A stretch of DNA of 64,000 nt from Candidatus Poribacteria bacterium. Lineage in GTDB: Bacteria > Poribacteria > WGA-4E > PCPOR2b. Each line of letters opens with the position of its first letter. The stretch's first letter is position 1. This document shows, in pieces, positions 59,833 through 64,000 of this stretch. The stretch lies in contig OZ240245.1 in assembly GCA_965198175.1 (NCBI GenBank), positions 1,280,001 to 1,344,000 on the forward strand, written 5' to 3'. The position numbers and the translations under genes are program-made. The notes below the pieces were generated by a model that did not search any database, had not been told where the DNA came from, and was given only the letters and a program-made list of their open reading frames with translations.

Positions 59833-61311
59833 CTACTTAACAATACCAATCTTTGCGGCTTCTGGCGCCCGCGTCGGCAGGTTCTGGTTAGCTAGCTGAT
59901 CCTCCGGGATATAGTTTGAGTAATCGGAAATCTGACCGTGGGTCAATGAGTAAACAACAACGTTCGTCATAAACCGATATACGCCTGGAGAGTAGTGCAC
60001 CGAACGCGTTGGTAGGCTTACTGCCTCCATCGCGCACATGTAATCACGGCGAACTAGCAACACCGAAAGTTTTTCACCAACGGAGATTCCTTCGAGGAAA
60101 TTCCGTTTCGGTGCTTTCGTGCCAAACCAGAAGATATCGAACCCAACCGGCGGACCGCCCATCTCATAGAAGTTGTTATAGACCTCGTGGTCGTTAGGAA
60201 TACGCTCAACCTGATATTCTGGCATCACATAGCGCATCTGGGCGAGGAATATGCGAACCATCGCCTGACCAGCCGCGTTCACACCGCAATCGTCAAAGAC
60301 AAGGACACCGCCTCTATCAACAAGAAATCGGCGCATTCCTGCCGCTTCCGGTTCCGTAAATCTGCTGTTCAGCGTCGCACCAAAACCACCCTTCTGAGCG
60401 AGTCCATGGGAGCGAACAACTGCGGGGTCATGCCCTGTCATAAATGCCATTGGCGTTTTTTGTAAGTTTGCATCCGTCAATTTCAGGGCACCGCCTTCGA
60501 CGTTCATGTCCGCCTTAATTTTCGTCCGCTCATTCAGCCATTTAGTTAACGCATTCAGCGAAGATGCATCCGCCCACCAATCAGAGAGGGTATGACGAAT
60601 GCGGGTAAAACGGAAGACACCTTGAATATCACGACCTTTACCGATGACTCGACCCCCAGGTTCGCCCCTCGGTAGCGGCGGTACTGCAACATTACCGAGT
60701 GTGATGCTTTCAACTACATCGCCTAGCGCATCACGTATAGCGCCAACCTGCTCCACCATCATCAAGCCCGGAGGACGTTGGAACCCAGCCTTCACCTGCA
60801 CTATCCCACCAGCAATCCCACGTCCAATATTCGACGGGCCCGCACTTGGGGCAGACGCAACAGGACCAGAAAATGCCAATGCGCCCGGTGCATCAGAAAC
60901 TGGCAAATCGGCATGTGTCGTTACTTGAGGTACTGGGGCATTCGGATTAACGACCTTGGGAACATTAGGATTGATGGGTTGGTTGAGTTTGACGACTTTA
61001 TTCGAGAATTCGAGCACCGTTTGCGGCTCGAAGGTAGTTGTACGAACAACTGCTGCGGTCGTGACTCTAGGCTGGACTTGAACCTGTTCAACGACCACGG
61101 TGTTATCAGTTGGAATCGTAGGTTTAATCTGTTTGATAACGGGCCTACGTACTTGTGGTTTAGGTGGATCTGGTGGATCAAGTACTTGGGCGCCGACTAA
61201 GTCTTTGAACTGCGGGGTTTGGGTGACTAGATAAACACCGAGAATCAACACAGCGACTCCGTGAAGAATCAATGATGTCATCAAGGCACCTGAGGTTTTC
61301 TTGGCACTCAT
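59833..61311 (-). CDS. DUF4159-like domain protein with N-terminal anchor and Pro/Val-rich linker
   Basis: SLILHG TM motif and Pro-rich linker; FMTGH, GGVLVFDDCG, IPNDHEVY, LEGI, TNVVVYSLT. Confidence 0.8.
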   Translation of the reverse strand: MSAKKTSGALMTSLILHGVAVLILGVYLVTQTPQFKDLVGAQVLDPPDPPKPQVRRPVIKQIKPTIPTDNTVVVEQVQVQPRVTTAAVVRTTTFEPQTVLEFSNKVVKLNQPINPNVPKVVNPNAPVPQVTTHADLPVSDAPGALAFSGPVASAPSAGPSNIGRGIAGGIVQVKAGFQRPPGLMMVEQVGAIRDALGDVVESITLGNVAVPPLPRGEPGGRVIGKGRDIQGVFRFTRIRHTLSDWWADASSLNALTKWLNERTKIKADMNVEGGALKLTDANLQKTPMAFMTGHDPAVVRSHGLAQKGGFGATLNSRFTEPEAAGMRRFLVDRGGVLVFDDCGVNAAGQAMVRIFLAQMRYVMPEYQVERIPNDHEVYNNFYEMGGPPVGFDIFWFGTKAPKRNFLEGISVGEKLSVLLVRRDYMCAMEAVSLPTRSVHYSPGVYRFMTNVVVYSLTHGQISDYSNYIPEDQLANQNLPTRAPEAAKIGIVK

Positions 61312-61426
61312 TATTTCCCTCCAAAATTAATTTCATAATGTCATGTTGTGATTGTTAGAACTCCTGAAAAAACCGCCACCTCATAATCTATTACACGGGG
61401 CTATTTACAGCATTATTAAAATAGTG

Positions 61427-61442
61427 AGCAATTTATATGCCA
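61427..61442 (-). promoter_or_regulatory. Sigma-54 (-24/-12) promoter
   Basis: TGGCATATAAATTGCT on the minus strand, about 115 bp upstream of the start codon at 61311. Confidence 0.8.
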
Positions 61443-61642
61443 CAGTTACATCTTAGTAAATGATGTTACTTAAAACGTTAGCGCTTGTGGGAAACCGGAT
61501 GAAAAGCGTTTTGTTGTCAGTCCCGCTCCATTACTGCGTTTCGATTGCAGATACGTCTGTTTTCCCGCTTCCCACGTGGCACCATAAAATTTGTTAGTTC
61601 TGGAAACGAACTCATTGTTCTGCAAGCGAATATTGAGAATTT

Positions 61643-61695
61643 TTGCACAGAATGGTTACATTTCGTTATCAAATTGCACCGAATGGTGCAATTTG
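61643..61695. promoter_or_regulatory. Tandem palindromic activator boxes (putative sigma-54 enhancer)
   Basis: CAAATTGCACC-gaat-GGTGCAATTTG perfect dyad at 61670-61695, plus a weaker TTGCACAGAATGGTTACA 31 bp away. Confidence 0.65.
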
Positions 61696-61968
61696 CGCCT
61701 GAATGAAAAAAGGAAACTTTAACGCATATGGTAGCCGATTTGCTACACCACGAATGGCTAGTTCGATGGCCTCCTCGAAACGTTATGTTCGGTTTTTCTG
61801 CGGCGGATGTAGCGGAATCATGAACATACCCAATTTCATGGTATTACCTCCCATAGTTTAGAGCGGAGCGTTTTGTGAAGGGTAGTCCTCATATCCTATG
61901 CGGCTTCCCGCGCCGGTTGATATAAAGTTCAACCGAGGAACAATTGCGGTGTGACTAAATCGGATTGT

Positions 61969-63111
61969 CTACCGCACCTCTTTTATGGCCACCCAACGGC
62001 CCTTTACTGACGAGCGAACGGCGGCCTCCATCGCTTCTTGCACCCGTAATCCGTCGGCCAGCGTAGGAGCAGCGGGTACGTCTTCTGAGATGGATTTGAG
62101 AAATTGGTATTGACATTCCGCGTGCGTGCGCACAAAGCCGGGTGGCATTGACCCGTCTGGGCATTTCTGACCCGCGTAGCGTTGAATGACTTCCAGCTTG
62201 CGATACCCGCGCATGTCACCCAGAGGCTGATTGGCATCCCGGGTATCATAGACCTCCAGCCAACTGGGGTCAGCAGCGTTGAAGCGGATAGCTCCTCTGT
62301 GGCCAAAAATCTCAAGCTGCAGATCGTTGGTGGTCCCGGTTCCCATCCGTGAAATTTCGACCAGTCCCAGTGTGCCGTCGGCCATGCGGATGTGCATTAG
62401 TGCGATGTCGTCAACGTCGACTGCCCCTTTTTCCGTTGTGCCCGCAGCGAGGGGGCGCTGCTTAATGAGCGTGTCGAGTGTCGCCAGCACCGAACCAAAA
62501 TCGCCCATCAGGTAGTAGATTAGGTCCAGAACATGGGACCCGAGATCAAATAGTGCTCCCCCTCCGGCGATTTCTTTGCGCAGGCGCCACGAGAGTGGCT
62601 TGTCGTAGTCAATGTAGCTGGAGCGGTAGTAACGCCCCCGGAAGGAAAAAACGTCGCCCAAAAATCCATCTTCCACTAATTGACGTGCCCGGGTGATGGC
62701 CGGGAAAAAACGGAAGTTAAAAGTTATCTGGGTTTTCACACCGGCTTTTTCGGCCGCCTGGACCATACGCTGGCCTTCAGCGACATTCATCGCAAGGGGT
62801 TTCTCACAGTAAATCGGTACCCCAGCCCCCACCGCTGCCAAAACAATCTCTTCGTGGGCGTGGTTTGGGACGCAGCAATCAATCAGGTCGACATCATCGC
62901 GAGAGAGCAGTTCATGATAATCAGTGGTCCACACCTGACAGCCGATTTCACAGGCGGCTTTCTCTGCGGTTTCCTGGCGCGTCGTTGAAACTCCGACAAC
63001 GTTAATGGTGTCAGCGGGAAGACCGTAGTGCAGGGGAATGTTTCGGTAGGCCATCACGTGAACACGACCAATTCCACCGTAGCCAATCATCGCAACGTTG
63101 AGTTTTTTCAT
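61969..63111 (-). CDS. Gfo/Idh/MocA oxidoreductase
   Basis: IGYGGIG, YCEKPLA, FNFRF, GGGALFDLGSH. Start MKKLNV with GGAGG RBS. Confidence 0.92.
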   Translation of the reverse strand: MKKLNVAMIGYGGIGRVHVMAYRNIPLHYGLPADTINVVGVSTTRQETAEKAACEIGCQVWTTDYHELLSRDDVDLIDCCVPNHAHEEIVLAAVGAGVPIYCEKPLAMNVAEGQRMVQAAEKAGVKTQITFNFRFFPAITRARQLVEDGFLGDVFSFRGRYYRSSYIDYDKPLSWRLRKEIAGGGALFDLGSHVLDLIYYLMGDFGSVLATLDTLIKQRPLAAGTTEKGAVDVDDIALMHIRMADGTLGLVEISRMGTGTTNDLQLEIFGHRGAIRFNAADPSWLEVYDTRDANQPLGDMRGYRKLEVIQRYAGQKCPDGSMPPGFVRTHAECQYQFLKSISEDVPAAPTLADGLRVQEAMEAAVRSSVKGRWVAIKEVR

Positions 63112-63143
63112 GGGTGGTTTGCCTCCCCTTCGGTATGCTCGCA

Positions 63144-63941
63144 CTATTTCTTTAACCCGTTTTCATCCCGATATTTATCGCTGGCTTCATCCATTACTGC
63201 TCGCAGTTTTTTTACTGCGGCTTCAATTTGGCCTGTGCCAGGGACCAACTTCCCCTTGGGGCCTTTGAGCAGTGGAGACGAAAACTCACCGACCGTCATC
63301 CCGACTTTGATAAAATCTTCAACGTTACCGATATTGAGCCCACCGTCCTCCATCAACTCCATTTGCTCCTCTAACCCGGCCGCCACAATCATTTCGTGCA
63401 TCCGCCGGATGTTGTCGACCATAATTGGGTCCATGGTATGCGGGCTTCTACCGGTTTCCTGAGTCCAGAAGTAAGCTCTGCTCTCGTATTCAATGATGTC
63501 CACATTTTGCACAACGTATTGTTCAAAGGCAACAATCGGTAAGCCTTGCCAGGCCCAAACCCCGACCTTCAAACCCATGTCCTTGATGAAAGTAATCGCC
63601 TGCAAGGTCAGTTCACCCATGGTTTCGATGGGCAAGGTAATTAGATCGACGCCTAAATCAGCTAACTGTCTGAACACATCAAAGCTGGGGCGGACCATCT
63701 GCAGTTGCGCTTCAATTCCGAGGTTGGTGCTCTGACGCACCCCTTCGATAATGTCGAAACCTCCACGGGGCATGCCAAAATCCATATATTTACCATCGCG
63801 GACTTCGAGGTGAATCCAGTCAACGCCGGCTGCTTCGAGTTCCTGAACTTGAGCTCCCAAGACCGCGTAGTCAGCCCAAAAGAGGCCGGCGGAAATCTTT
63901 ACTTTTGGGGTAACTTTGCCAATGCAATCTTCTGTTGTCAT
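63144..63941 (-). CDS. Divergent ribulose-phosphate 3-epimerase-fold protein
   Basis: AD...LGAQVQELEAAGVDWIHLEVRDG, GLKVGV, MEDGGLN. Start MTTEDC with GGAGG RBS. Confidence 0.75.
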   Translation of the reverse strand: MTTEDCIGKVTPKVKISAGLFWADYAVLGAQVQELEAAGVDWIHLEVRDGKYMDFGMPRGGFDIIEGVRQSTNLGIEAQLQMVRPSFDVFRQLADLGVDLITLPIETMGELTLQAITFIKDMGLKVGVWAWQGLPIVAFEQYVVQNVDIIEYESRAYFWTQETGRSPHTMDPIMVDNIRRMHEMIVAAGLEEQMELMEDGGLNIGNVEDFIKVGMTVGEFSSPLLKGPKGKLVPGTGQIEAAVKKLRAVMDEASDKYRDENGLKK

Positions 63942-64000
63942 TTTACCTCCATTCCGAATACTGCGATGATAACCAAGCATAAAACAGCCAAAATGGACGT

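Noticed and set aside
1..64000. CRISPR arrays, tRNA/rRNA genes, transposases, integrases, reverse transcriptases
   Set aside because: No regularly spaced repeat-spacer units, cloverleaf/T-loop signatures or catalytic motifs seen by eye. The remaining short ORFs are antisense or alternate-frame shadows of real genes.

Overview
64-kb bacterial chromosomal window with about 45 credible genes. I found no rRNA, tRNA, CRISPR array or transposase gene. Gene content suggests Candidatus Poribacteria or a relative (inference from three PhyH dioxygenases, tandem DUF6785/DUF6784-like membrane proteins, a TolB-like protein ending in a 'TWGxLK' tail, and a GGxVxVxGKDG repeat family). Housekeeping genes are argJ-argB, sppA, pcm, a trmJ-like methylase, a partial dcw cluster (murD-ftsW-murG-murC-ftsQ-ftsA, with no ftsZ after it), lpoB plus a COG3014-like lipoprotein, and a rhaB-like kinase. 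An accessory patch at about 6.1-11.3 kb holds a TPR protein, three decaying copies of a beta-repeat protein family, an EVE/PUA-like protein and a 263-bp palindromic MITE/REPIN with an 8-bp target duplication. The most unusual items are an 892-aa MTHFR-like barrel fused to a SAM-methyltransferase-like domain, SppA fused to an apparent outer-membrane barrel, a sigma-54 promoter whose upstream TGCAC-N6-GTGCA boxes recur 43 kb away, a 2127-bp tandem duplication with clustered amino-acid changes, and an RPE-fold protein with altered metal ligands. All family calls come from motif recognition by eye; no database search was run.
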